A stretch of DNA of 64,000 nucleotides, taken from the IMG/VR virus record IMGVR_UViG_3300032301_000717; one strand, written 5' to 3'. A program made the translations under genes and the position numbers. The notes under the pieces were generated by a model that was not told the origin of the DNA, did no database searches, and was given only the letters and a program-made list of their open reading frames with translations. Positions 20,636-31,200 of the stretch are shown here, piece after piece. Every line of letters begins with the position of its first letter. The first letter of the stretch is position 1. Source of the DNA: an uncultured virus (IMG/VR IMGVR_UViG_3300032301_000717). Lineage: Duplodnaviria; Heunggongvirae; Uroviricota; Caudoviricetes.

Positions 20636-21817
20636 AAAAAAGTTTACGACGGTAAACTAGAAAACTTGATCCCAGATGGCGTTAAACTTCTTAACGCTGT
20701 TAAATTCGTTCGCAAAGAAAAACGTCCGGGTGCTGACTATAACCAATCGGTTATTCTTGGTATGGAGCACGGTGTTTCTTTCGCTGAACCAGATGAAGGA
20801 GCTTTTGCTCTTAACCCACCTATTTCAGGTGTAATTAAGCAAGCTTCAATCAAAGGCTACCAAATGGTTCTTCGCTCTGCGATGGCATTTGATACTATGT
20901 TCGCAGCAGACTCTGCTGGAGAAAGAGCTTTTGAAGAATCTACAAAATACATTTTTCAAGCTATGATGGACTCTATGTCTAAAAAACTTGAAATCCGTCT
21001 TTTCTACGGTCAATCAGGTCTTGCTTCAATTCAAGCTCCTGTTGGTAACGTACTTCCAATCGCTGCTGGAGAATGGGCTCCGGGGATTTGGGGTGGTGCA
21101 GAAAACATGAGAATTGAAATTTACAGCTCTGCTGACGTTCTACGTGGTGACTGTAAAGTAGTAGCTGTTGACTTTGATAACAAAACAATTACTGTTGACG
21201 CTCTTCCTGCAGGTGTTGTATCTACTGATATTATCTTTGAATACGGTTCAAAAGGTAAAGAAATGGCTGGTCTTCATAAGATCATTACAAACACTGGATC
21301 TTTATTCGGTATTTCAGCAGCTCAATATTCTTTATGGAAAGGTAACTCTCACGCAGTAAGTGGTGTATTAAGCTTCAATAAACTTGCAAAAGGTTTAGCA
21401 AAACCAGTAGCTAAAGGTTTACAATCTGACGTTACTGTTTATGTTAACCCGGCTTCTTGGGCTAACTTAATGACAGAGCAAGCTGGTACAAGACGCTTTG
21501 ACGTTTCTTATAAGTCTGGCGGAACTGCTCAAAATGGATTTGAAGCTCTTGAATTTTATTCTCAAAATGGTAAAATGACTATCGTTTCTTCTATCTTCGT
21601 GAAGGAAGGTTTTGCTTATTCAGTTAACCATGATCAATTTTTAAGAGTTGGATCTACTGATCTTACTTTCAAAAACCCATTCAGCAATGAAGATTTCTTC
21701 CATTTGCTTGAAAACAATGCAGGTGTTGGTATCCGTTGTTATACAAACCAAGCTTTATTCTGTAATAAAATTGGTCATCAACTAGTATTCACTGGCATTT
21801 TAAACGATGCTCCGTAG
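20636..21817 (+). CDS. Major capsid protein, exon 2 (spliced product 408 aa)
   Basis: Frame open from 20636 (KKVYDGKLENLIPDGVKL...); position after the scaffold, size, and a strong downstream terminator fit an MCP. Confidence 0.85.
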   Translation, partial: KKVYDGKLENLIPDGVKLLNAVKFVRKEKRPGADYNQSVILGMEHGVSFAEPDEGAFALNPPISGVIKQASIKGYQMVLRSAMAFDTMFAADSAGERAFEESTKYIFQAMMDSMSKKLEIRLFYGQSGLASIQAPVGNVLPIAAGEWAPGIWGGAENMRIEIYSSADVLRGDCKVVAVDFDNKTITVDALPAGVVSTDIIFEYGSKGKEMAGLHKIITNTGSLFGISAAQYSLWKGNSHAVSGVLSFNKLAKGLAKPVAKGLQSDVTVYVNPASWANLMTEQAGTRRFDVSYKSGGTAQNGFEALEFYSQNGKMTIVSSIFVKEGFAYSVNHDQFLRVGSTDLTFKNPFSNEDFFHLLENNAGVGIRCYTNQALFCNKIGHQLVFTGILNDAP

Positions 21818-21850
21818 TATTATTTCAACACGTTATGCAATGTAACGAAT

Positions 21851-21882
21851 AAAGGGGAAGCGAAAGCTTCCCTTTTGTTTTT
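21851..21882 (+). terminator. Intrinsic terminator after the MCP gene
   Basis: GGGAAGC-GAAA-GCTTCCC followed by TTTTGTTTTT. Confidence 0.85.
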
Positions 21883-21918
21883 CCATACTTAAAATAACAA
21901 ATATAACTGTGAGGATTT

Positions 21919-22392
21919 ATGGCAATAACACTTGTAGTTAATAATATTTCATTTGATTACCCAGAACAAGGCGAGCAACAACCTTGGGGTGAGGCAGCGA
22001 CAGGTTGGGCAGTTGAAGTTACAAAAGCATTAGGTTCAGTAACCGGTCCTTCTGACATATTAGAAACAGCGGCTTCTATAGACAATAATATTTCAACATT
22101 TACAACAATTCCCGGATTTTTCTTTGACCCAACAACAGTGCGTTCTTTTTCAGTCAGAGGAAACATATCTAGAGTATATAATACGGGTGCATCAGAAATA
22201 ACAGAAGAGTTCTTAATAACAGGATTAAACCAAGGTGTTTCTGGTTGGATTATTCAACAAGAGGGAATTGGTGAATCTGGTGTTACTTTTGATTTAGACG
22301 TAACCGGACAGATGAAATATAAATCCACAAGTTTAGCAAATTATACGAGTGGTAAAATTAAATTTAGAGGCATAGGAATACTTAAAAATTAA
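21919..22392 (+). CDS. Virion structural protein (beta-sandwich domain shared with the C-terminus of 28262-32812)
   Basis: RSF...E...ITG...W...GxSGVTF...GQMKYxS...SGxIKFR pattern occurs in both proteins. Confidence 0.65.
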   Translation: MAITLVVNNISFDYPEQGEQQPWGEAATGWAVEVTKALGSVTGPSDILETAASIDNNISTFTTIPGFFFDPTTVRSFSVRGNISRVYNTGASEITEEFLITGLNQGVSGWIIQQEGIGESGVTFDLDVTGQMKYKSTSLANYTSGKIKFRGIGILKN

Positions 22393-22402
22393 GGTGGTAT
22401 AA

Positions 22403-25400
22403 ATGGCGACAATATTAAAGAGATTTACGAAAGGTATTGTTTTAAGAGGAGAAACCTCAGACAATGCGGAAAATGTTGAAGGTTCACTATTTCAAAATAG
22501 TTCAGATTTAAGATTAAAAACCTACATCGAAGGGGCAGTTAGACAAGTCGTTACTAACTCACAATCCCAAGTTCTCACTAATAAAAACATTGATTCAAGA
22601 AACGGAGTTAGCGGTAACACAATTACAACAGCAGCTTCGGGAAACTTAGCAGCAACAGAATTGAACGCTGCTCTAGTAGAACTACAAACAGACATTGATA
22701 CAAGAGCATTAGATTCTGCTTTTACTTCGCACACAGGAGCGTCTTCTGGCGTTCATGGTGTTACAGGAAGCGTTGTTGGCACATCTGATTCTCAGGCTCT
22801 TACAAATAAAACAATCGTTGCGGCTAGTAATACTATTACTACTGCAGCATCTGGCAACTTAGCTGCTATAGAACTAAATGCAGCATTAGCTGAACTACAA
22901 GGAGATATCGACACTAGAGCACTTAGCATTGGTGGAAGTATTCAATCTCCAGTTAGATTGGACGTAAAAAAAGATACAAAAGCAAACTTAGTAACATATG
23001 CAGCTACTGCTGCAAATGGTCAATTAGTATTCGCTACAGATTCAAAAGAAATGTTTCAAGTATTAGACGGTGCATTAGTTTCTGTAGGCTCTGGTGGAGC
23101 GTCAAATGTTGACGCTTTATTAATTCAAACTTTTGATCAAAATGTTCTTACCGATTTCACTCAAACAGGATTGGCATTAGTTACTACTAATCCTATGAAT
23201 GGAGCGCAGTCTGCAAGATTAATTCATCAAGCAGCAGCTACTCAATCATTCAAATACGTAAAAGCAGTTGATCCAAAATATCGTGGTAAAAACCTTACTA
23301 TGTCGTTTCAAGTTCGTTCATCAGCTACTGCTGGTAACGTAACTCTTAACGTATACGATGAGACAAACGCAGCTAACCTTATTCTTTCACAAGCTATTAC
23401 ACTTGGATCTTCAACGATTTCAGCAACAACAAACTCAAACACGACTCTATCGGGTATTTCTTCAAGTGACATTAATAAGATAAAAGTTGGTGAAACAATT
23501 ACTGGATCTGGTATCCCAACAGGTACAACGATCACAGCGATTAGCATCTCTGCTTTAACAGCTACAATCTCACAAGCTGCTACAGCATCAGCAACTGTCA
23601 CACTTAAGAACTCTGATTTACCACAAAAGCAATCGGCATCTTTTGATGTGCCAAATAACTGTGCTTCATTGTCTTATACAATTTCAGCACTAGCTGAGTC
23701 AGGATTACCTGAGACTTACGTAGACGATGTTGTTATTACACTTACAAGTGCGGCTTTAACTAGCACAAGCGTTACAGTACCAGTAAACAACGACTATGGA
23801 AGTGTCATATCTAACGTAATTACAATTACAGGAACAACGACTTCTCCAACTAAAGGTACAATCGTAACAGATAGAATTGTTCATAGTAGAATTGGTAATA
23901 GATTAATAGCTGATTATCAATTTGAACAATCTGCGGCAGGAACTGCAGGAGCAGGAGACTACCTACTCACTTTACCTAGCGGATTATTTTTTGACTCATC
24001 TGTTAGTTATTACACCGGTGATATTGGTGGAGCTGCCGCATCAGTATCAGCACAAAAATGTTATGTAGGAACTGGTAGTATTGGATCTAATGGATCAAGA
24101 GGTCCAGTTTATTTAATAGCTTACTCGTCTAATCAATTTAGAGTTGCTGCAACTGCTGCATTTAGTGCTTTAGCATTTTTTGGAACAACAAATTATTCTT
24201 TTAATAGCGCAATTGGTTTCAATTTCCACTTAGACGCTCCAATTCAAGGATGGTTAGCAAACGAAACAAATTCAAAAACTATCCCATTAACGTCTGCAGT
24301 ATTTCAAACACAACCAGACAGTGCCTTAAGATTGACGACAACTGCAGGAACATTAGCAAGTACAAATACAGCTTGTATGATATTCGATACAATTGCAGAT
24401 AATATTGGAAGTGATATTTCTTATTCAAGTAGTTCGGCTAATGGAACTTCATTTACTATTAATACGGCTGGAATTTACGATATTTCATTAATTACATCTT
24501 TTTCACTAGCTACTGATTTCGGAATAACTAAAAATGCAACAGGAGCGGAATTAACATCAGCAACTTGGACAAATAAAAGATTAATTTCAACCGTTTCAGA
24601 TGGTAACGGATCTAATTACAGCACGACATGTGCGGGAACATTCTACTTAAATGCGGGTGATGTCATTAGACCGCAAGCTACAGTAGGAAGAACTCCATCG
24701 GCAACCAACGCATTTTTTACAATTACAAAAGTAAACGCCACTAAACAAGTTAATATTTCATCGGATCAAAAAATTGATTTACCAAGTTCTGAATTAAGAA
24801 TGAGTGAATTTACTGGTGCAGCGTCTACAAACACGGCTGTTTGTAAATTTAATAGTGTTCAAAAATTAGTTGGTGATGCTTTCACAATTGTTAATGATCC
24901 AGCTTTAGGATTTTCTTTAACAGTTAAGAAATCTGGTTTCTTGACGTTGACTGGAAATGTAGCGACAAGCACAGCGGCTCATGTATCTATCTCAAGAAAT
25001 GCAACTCAATTAACTACCGCTCCAAACTCAATGACATCAGGGCAAAACATAGCGGCAGATTATAACGGTGCAGGTGAGGCGACAAGTCTTGCATGGTCTG
25101 GGAAAGTTGAAGTAAATGACGTTTTTAGATTTCATGTAACCAACTCAGCCGCAGCCGCAGCCGTTGCAGCAAATTTAGGAAATGGAGTAAATGCTCTTTT
25201 TCAAGAGGACAAAGTTCAAGTATCTCTTTCAAACGTATTACCTCAATTCACTCAAAGTGACAGCTCAGTAAGATTAGATACAGCTAGTGGCTATGGTTCT
25301 ACGGCAAGTAATAAAATAAGAAGATTTTCTAATGTTAGAGATAATATTGGATCAGATATTGCCTATTTAGATTCAGCAACAAATGGTGCAAGTTTTACAA

Positions 25401-27193
25401 TTTCAAGTGCTGGAACTTATCACATATCTTTCTCTGATTCTGCTAATAGCGGATATATTGGAATTAGTAAAAATTCTTCGCAATTGACTACTAGTATTGT
25501 TTCAATTAATACGGCTGATAGGCTTGCAATGGAAACGGTTACCGGAAGTGGTGAAACTGGATCGGTTTCATGGAATGGCTATTTGCTAGCTGGTGATGTT
25601 ATTAGACCGCATACCGATGCTTCAGGTGGAGGGACTGCGGATAGATCTTCGTTCACTATCTCCAAAGTTGGTAAACCAAACTTAACATCAGTTGATGTGA
25701 CTCCATTCACTAATTACAAAGGAACGGATACTGAAAGCATTAGATTAACGGCTGGTAATGGGTTCGGATCTCCGGGTGTTTATTGCCGAAGATTCTCAGT
25801 GACAGATGTAAATACAAACAAAGGCGTTATCCAGTATACGGACAGCGTAACTCAAGGTGCATATTTCACAGCATTAAAACCATGTACAGCTACTTTTGTT
25901 TGGTCTGATATGGCTAACGGAGTAAACCCAACATTTATCGGGTTTAGCGTTAATTCAACTCAAACCGCAACAATTATCAATAGTGTTACCGATGGTTATA
26001 TCGTTGGCGGAATCCCAACTTTTGGAGCTCAAAACACAGATGGTCCAATCACAACATCAGCAACTTTAAAGTTAAATGTTGGCGATATTGTTAGATGTCA
26101 CATGGGAGCCAATCAAGTTAAATCTAGTGGTGTTTATAATGCACAATTAAAAGCATCTCTAATGATTACTGCAGTAGCTGAAGCGGATCAAATCGTTTCA
26201 CCAATTAGTTCATTCTCATCTGATACAGCTTCTTTGGTTTATGCTCCATCTACAAGCTACACGTTAAGTACACTAGCAAATGCGCCAGTTGGGACATTCA
26301 TCACATTTACTGCGACTGCGGGTGCAAATACTCAAACTCAAACAACTACAGCTCCAACTCAGTCAGTTAGTGATATGAACGTAAATGGTATTCAAATCAC
26401 AGGAAGAGGATTCAACCAAACATCTACGGCTGCAGCACCTTCAATTGTTGCTATTCAAATCGGCAAAGGGTTTAAAGGCGTTCAAGTAAATGGATATAGA
26501 ACAACTAGTAAAACGGGTGTAGTTTCTTTAGATAACCAAATTGTGAACGTAAGTATCAATACAGGTCTTTCATTAAAAGATTATAATGAAAATACAGGTG
26601 TTTTAATATTAGATGCTGCACTAGATAGAGCAGGAAGCACAAATAATAGATATTTTATCAATGATGATTTTGCTAATGCTACCTTATCAAGTGCTTACTT
26701 AGTAATTAATGCTTCTAAGTCTCCAACTCTTGCGGCTGTTCCTCAATTACAGCCAAGAATTGCTTATCTACAAGACGTTAAATCAGTGGGAACAGCTGGT
26801 GGCTCATCTGTTACTGCTACTTGGTCAACGAGAACACTTAATACATTAGTTGATGACACTGGAATAATTACATCATTAACATCAAATCAATTTATTTTAC
26901 CTGCGGGAACTTATGATTTCTTAGCATCTGCTCCATGTTTTAATTCTAATGCTCATAAATTAAGAATAAGAAACATTACTGATTCAACTACTTTATTGGT
27001 TGGATCAAAGGCGTACATGGGATCAGGTCAAACTGATTCAATTCTTGAAGGTAGAATTACTTTAACATCTGCAAAAACTCTCGAACTTCAACATTACGTT
27101 TCAAGTGGTTTTGCTACTCAAGGATTCGGAGTAAGTGATTCAACATCAGAGAATGATATTTTTGCTCAAGTTAAAATTCAAAAAGTAAAATAG
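22403..27193 (+). CDS. Large fibre/spike protein with tandem C1q/BclA-like beta domains
   Basis: 1596 aa, S/T/A/G-rich; duplicated N-terminal TNK...AASGNLAAxELNAALxELQxDIDTRAL; four S-x-(L/V/I)R(L/M) ... L-x-x-GDV(I/F)R-type repeats. Confidence 0.75.
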   Translation: MATILKRFTKGIVLRGETSDNAENVEGSLFQNSSDLRLKTYIEGAVRQVVTNSQSQVLTNKNIDSRNGVSGNTITTAASGNLAATELNAALVELQTDIDTRALDSAFTSHTGASSGVHGVTGSVVGTSDSQALTNKTIVAASNTITTAASGNLAAIELNAALAELQGDIDTRALSIGGSIQSPVRLDVKKDTKANLVTYAATAANGQLVFATDSKEMFQVLDGALVSVGSGGASNVDALLIQTFDQNVLTDFTQTGLALVTTNPMNGAQSARLIHQAAATQSFKYVKAVDPKYRGKNLTMSFQVRSSATAGNVTLNVYDETNAANLILSQAITLGSSTISATTNSNTTLSGISSSDINKIKVGETITGSGIPTGTTITAISISALTATISQAATASATVTLKNSDLPQKQSASFDVPNNCASLSYTISALAESGLPETYVDDVVITLTSAALTSTSVTVPVNNDYGSVISNVITITGTTTSPTKGTIVTDRIVHSRIGNRLIADYQFEQSAAGTAGAGDYLLTLPSGLFFDSSVSYYTGDIGGAAASVSAQKCYVGTGSIGSNGSRGPVYLIAYSSNQFRVAATAAFSALAFFGTTNYSFNSAIGFNFHLDAPIQGWLANETNSKTIPLTSAVFQTQPDSALRLTTTAGTLASTNTACMIFDTIADNIGSDISYSSSSANGTSFTINTAGIYDISLITSFSLATDFGITKNATGAELTSATWTNKRLISTVSDGNGSNYSTTCAGTFYLNAGDVIRPQATVGRTPSATNAFFTITKVNATKQVNISSDQKIDLPSSELRMSEFTGAASTNTAVCKFNSVQKLVGDAFTIVNDPALGFSLTVKKSGFLTLTGNVATSTAAHVSISRNATQLTTAPNSMTSGQNIAADYNGAGEATSLAWSGKVEVNDVFRFHVTNSAAAAAVAANLGNGVNALFQEDKVQVSLSNVLPQFTQSDSSVRLDTASGYGSTASNKIRRFSNVRDNIGSDIAYLDSATNGASFTISSAGTYHISFSDSANSGYIGISKNSSQLTTSIVSINTADRLAMETVTGSGETGSVSWNGYLLAGDVIRPHTDASGGGTADRSSFTISKVGKPNLTSVDVTPFTNYKGTDTESIRLTAGNGFGSPGVYCRRFSVTDVNTNKGVIQYTDSVTQGAYFTALKPCTATFVWSDMANGVNPTFIGFSVNSTQTATIINSVTDGYIVGGIPTFGAQNTDGPITTSATLKLNVGDIVRCHMGANQVKSSGVYNAQLKASLMITAVAEADQIVSPISSFSSDTASLVYAPSTSYTLSTLANAPVGTFITFTATAGANTQTQTTTAPTQSVSDMNVNGIQITGRGFNQTSTAAAPSIVAIQIGKGFKGVQVNGYRTTSKTGVVSLDNQIVNVSINTGLSLKDYNENTGVLILDAALDRAGSTNNRYFINDDFANATLSSAYLVINASKSPTLAAVPQLQPRIAYLQDVKSVGTAGGSSVTATWSTRTLNTLVDDTGIITSLTSNQFILPAGTYDFLASAPCFNSNAHKLRIRNITDSTTLLVGSKAYMGSGQTDSILEGRITLTSAKTLELQHYVSSGFATQGFGVSDSTSENDIFAQVKIQKVK

Positions 27194-27202
27194 AGGTAAG
27201 AT

Positions 27203-27547
27203 ATGGATATAATGTTATTAATTGAAGAGTATTTAAAACAACATGAAGCTGATCGTCACGAAGACGACAGTTTAAACGTGTGTGATGGTTCTATTGTTCG
27301 TTGGGACTTCAAGAACATTTTGCAGCCGTCAATGGAAGAACTAGAGGCATTACAAGAAAGCGTTCAAACTAAGATGGATCAAGAGGCGATTAACAAAGAA
27401 GCTCTTGAGTTTTTGGCAGCAAGCGACTTCAAAGTACTTCGTCACATTAGACAAAAAGCTTTAGAACAAGAACTTAGCTTGTCGGAAGAAGACTACTTGG
27501 CTTTAGAGCAACAACGTGCTGACGCTGCTGCAAGGATCGTAAAATGA
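27203..27547 (+). CDS. Putative tail fibre assembly chaperone
   Basis: Follows the fibre gene; IVRWD...QPSMEEL and FLAASDFKVLR...QRADAAARI resemble phage fibre chaperones. Confidence 0.55.
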   Translation: MDIMLLIEEYLKQHEADRHEDDSLNVCDGSIVRWDFKNILQPSMEELEALQESVQTKMDQEAINKEALEFLAASDFKVLRHIRQKALEQELSLSEEDYLALEQQRADAAARIVK

Positions 27548-27717
27548 TTAAGTCTAAAGCGCAACAAAGATTAATGTACGCAGCAGCACAAGATCCCGAA
27601 GTTGCTAAGAAAACTGGAGTATCTCAAAAGGTTGCTAAAGAGTTTATCAAATCTACGCCAAAGAATCGTTTTAAGAAATTAAAAGAAAAACTTGGCTGTA
27701 AAAAATGTTCAGAATAA
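27544..27717 (+). CDS. Small basic protein, 57 aa, not in the ORF track
   Basis: MIKSKAQQRLMYAAAQDPEVAKKTGVSQKVAKEFIKSTPKNRFKKLKEKLGCKKCSE; ATGA overlap with the upstream stop. Confidence 0.7.
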   Translation: MIKSKAQQRLMYAAAQDPEVAKKTGVSQKVAKEFIKSTPKNRFKKLKEKLGCKKCSE

Positions 27718-27718
27718 T

Positions 27719-27991
27719 ATGAAATTTAAAAAACTGCGTGAGCTTTTATCTTGTAACTCTCCAAAAAAATCTACTAGACCGGGGAAAAAGAAAATGGTAA
27801 AAGCTTGCGAAGATGGAAAAGAAAAAATAGTACACTATGGAGCAGAAGGGTATAAGCACAATTATTCTAAGGAAGCTAAGAAATCATTTAGAGCTAGACA
27901 CACTTGCGATCAAAAGAAAAGTAAGTTGAGTGCTCAGTATTGGGCTTGTAAAGATCTCTGGGGAAAAACTAAAAAAATAGGCGACAAATAA
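27719..27991 (+). CDS. Small basic protein (DUF5754-like)
   Basis: STRPGKKKMV...VHYGAEGY...SFRARH...AQYWACKDLW; start moved to ATG 27719. Confidence 0.6.
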   Translation: MKFKKLRELLSCNSPKKSTRPGKKKMVKACEDGKEKIVHYGAEGYKHNYSKEAKKSFRARHTCDQKKSKLSAQYWACKDLWGKTKKIGDK

Positions 27992-28251
27992 TGTTAGAAA
28001 AATTAAAAGCTAAACTAAAAGAACTACAAGAGCAAGGATTCCCTATTATATTCTTAAGAGATCCCACAACTAAATTACCTAGCGTATCTCTTACGCTATT
28101 GATAATTTCGTTTACTATGTGTATGCTTTCTTTACTAAATAAGTTCGCTAAAGTTGTAGATGGTGTTGATATTGAAAACACTTTAGAATTGTTAATCATC
28201 TGTGCTTCATTGTATTTTGGAAGATCTTTATCCAAGAAAATAGAAAAATAA
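27991..28251 (+). CDS. Holin-like two-TM membrane protein
   Basis: Two hydrophobic segments and a basic C-terminus (LYFGRSLSKKIEK). Confidence 0.55.
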   Translation: MLEKLKAKLKELQEQGFPIIFLRDPTTKLPSVSLTLLIISFTMCMLSLLNKFAKVVDGVDIENTLELLIICASLYFGRSLSKKIEK

Positions 28252-28261
28252 GGAGTGAACT

Positions 28262-31200
28262 ATGAAAAGTTATGACGATATTAAACTCAACATAATTGTT
28301 CCAGTTAGTTCTGCTGGTGTTCTTGACGTTTATGATATTTCGGATGAAACTAAACTCAGAATTATCGTAGAAAATGCCGGAGTATTAAACACAGTTATTG
28401 TCAGCGGAAGAATCATAGGTCAGACTGGATTTACTGAATTAAAAACTGTCGTAGGATCAAGTAATACTTTGGTTAATATTTCAAGTTATGACCATATTAA
28501 GATTGAGTGTACTGTATATGAATCTTTGAACTCTAGTCCGATAAAGGTAATTGCTGCGTCTTTTAGTAATGCCGGAGGGTCTGCTATTGAATCAATAGAT
28601 GTTCCTTCCGGCGACGACCTAGCTGACGTTGATAAACTAATATTTTCATCAAGCGATGGTAGTGTTATAATTACAGGAAATAGTACAACTAATACGGTAG
28701 ATTTTACTGTAGACCCTTCGGTAGGAGCAGTAACTTCGGTTAATACTCAAACTGGAGATGTGGTTCTTACTAAAAGCGGTTTAGGTCTTAGTGATGTCGA
28801 TAACACTTCAGACATTAATAAACCAATAAGCAGTGCTACTCAAACTGCATTAAACGGGAAAGAGCCTTTAATTACTGGTGGAACGACTTCTCAGTATTGG
28901 AGAGGGGATAAATCTTGGCAAACTCTCGATAAGTCTTCAGTAGGTTTATCAAACGTAGACAATACAAGCGACGCTAACAAACCTATATCAACAGCCACTC
29001 AAACCGCATTAAATGCAAAACAAAATACTTCTGAAAAAAATCAACCGAATGGATATGTCGGATTAAACGGATCTTCAAAAATTGATTCCAGCTACTTGCC
29101 GTCTTACGTTGATGACGTGTTGGAGTTTGCCGATCTTTCTTCATTTCCCTTAATTGGTGATGCTGGGGTTATTTATTTAGCACAAGATACTAACAAAATA
29201 TATAGATGGTCTGGAGTGAGTTACATTGAAGTTTCTCAAGGTATTACCGATCACACTTTATTAAATAACATAGGTACAAACACTCACGCAGATATTGACT
29301 CTCACATTGCTAGTACAGCTAATCCACACAGCGTAACAGCCGGTCAAGTTGGATTGGGTAACGTAGACAATACTTCAGATTTAAACAAACCAATTTCAAC
29401 TGCTACGCAAAACGCATTAGATCTAATCACAGATGTTAACTGGACAGGCGATTACAATAATGGTACGACTTATGCTGTCGGTGACGGTGTAATGTTTAAT
29501 GGCGCATCTTTTAGAATGATCAATTTTATAGGAGCTGCTGGATACCCACCCCCTGCTTATCCGGGAAACTGGCTTCAAGTTACAGACTATGTTTCTCCTA
29601 ATGATATAGGTCTTGGTAATGTTGACAATACTTCAGACTTAGATAAACCTATTTCAAATGATACACAAGATGCTTTAGATTTAAAAGTAGATAAAGCTGG
29701 CGACACTATGACAGGTCCACTTAATGTGACTGATCTGTCTAAGAATGTTCAATTTTCAGTATCTGGATTGAACTCAACCTCTACTATTGAAATCCGTTCA
29801 GATAATCAAACTTTGCAACCGAGTGGAGATGTAAAACTCACTACTGGAGATGTTCAAGATTCGGATTATGCTGGATCTATCTATTTAACTGGTGGAGAAA
29901 ACGTAGATGGGAATCCTGCAAATATTATACTAACAGCAGGACAGTCTGTTGGAACTGGAGCAAACGGTTCAATTATACTTGATTCTAAAAATGTTGTATA
30001 CTTAAATCAAAACGCAACTGGTTCAATTGACGCTAGTTCTCATAGAATACAAAATGTTGAAGATCCACAAGCAGATCAAGATGCAGCAACTCGTAAATGG
30101 GTTGATGAAATGTCTGCTATTGATAATGTGATCTTTACATCACCTACTGCCAATGCTGCTATTGCTGATGGTAGTTTAAATAGACCTTACGCAACAATTG
30201 CAGCAGCTCTTACTGTAGCTGTGAATAACAATGTGATTGCTCTATTACCGGGAACATACGCAGAACCTACTGTAGTAATTCCTTCTTCGTTGTCATATTT
30301 TTCAATCCAAGGCTTTTCCGCCATAAACACGATTGTACTAAACGGAATGTCGTATATTGCCCCAGCGTCAAATATAGATGTGTCTTTTCAAAAAATTAAT
30401 ATAGGAACTTTAACATTAAACGCATCTAGCGCAATAAATGGACTGGTAACTTTAAAACAAACTGTTGTTGAATATAATAGACAGGACACTAACAATAACG
30501 TATTTTCTATAACAACAGAAAGTACTGTTACTGGTGGAACAATTGCTGGCGGTAATAATAATTTTAGCGAATGTTTACTAACTGTATCACTAGATGTTAA
30601 TGACGGTCTTGTAATTTTTGAAAATACTAAATTTATAGCTAATGTTGAAGCCTACGGAACATCTCTTATTCGTATACTAGATTGTGAACTTTTAGGAGCC
30701 ACAGAATTTGTAAATGGTAACACAGTTTTAATAAACAGTCCATCTATAGAAATAGATACAGCTTCAGACGCTCTAGGTAATTTAACTGGTAATTACACAA
30801 AAATATTACTAGCTAATATACCATTAACTAACATAACTCAATCAAGCGCAACACCGGGTCAAATAATTTCTTGGAATGGATCAGCGTGGGTTCCTACAAC
30901 AGCATCCTTTTCGTCTGCTTGGGGATCAATCACTGGAACTCTATCAGCACAGACAGATTTACAATCAGCTTTAGACGATAAAGTAGCTAAGGCTGGCGAT
31001 ACTATGACCGGCACTTTAGATTTTGATTTCTCAGCAGGACCAATAACTAGCACAATTACTATAGCCGATGATAACATAGTAATTGCATATCAAGACCCAT
31101 CCGGTCCAACCGACTTTACTACGGACATAATTGGTGGAAATGTTTCAACAATTAATAATACTACTGGAGCTAACACAAGTGTTGATCCGGGAAGTATCTT

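Noticed and set aside
20666..21817. ORF-track MCP starting at TTG 20666
   Set aside because: No convincing RBS; the frame is open from 20636 and joins exon 1 across a well-formed intron.
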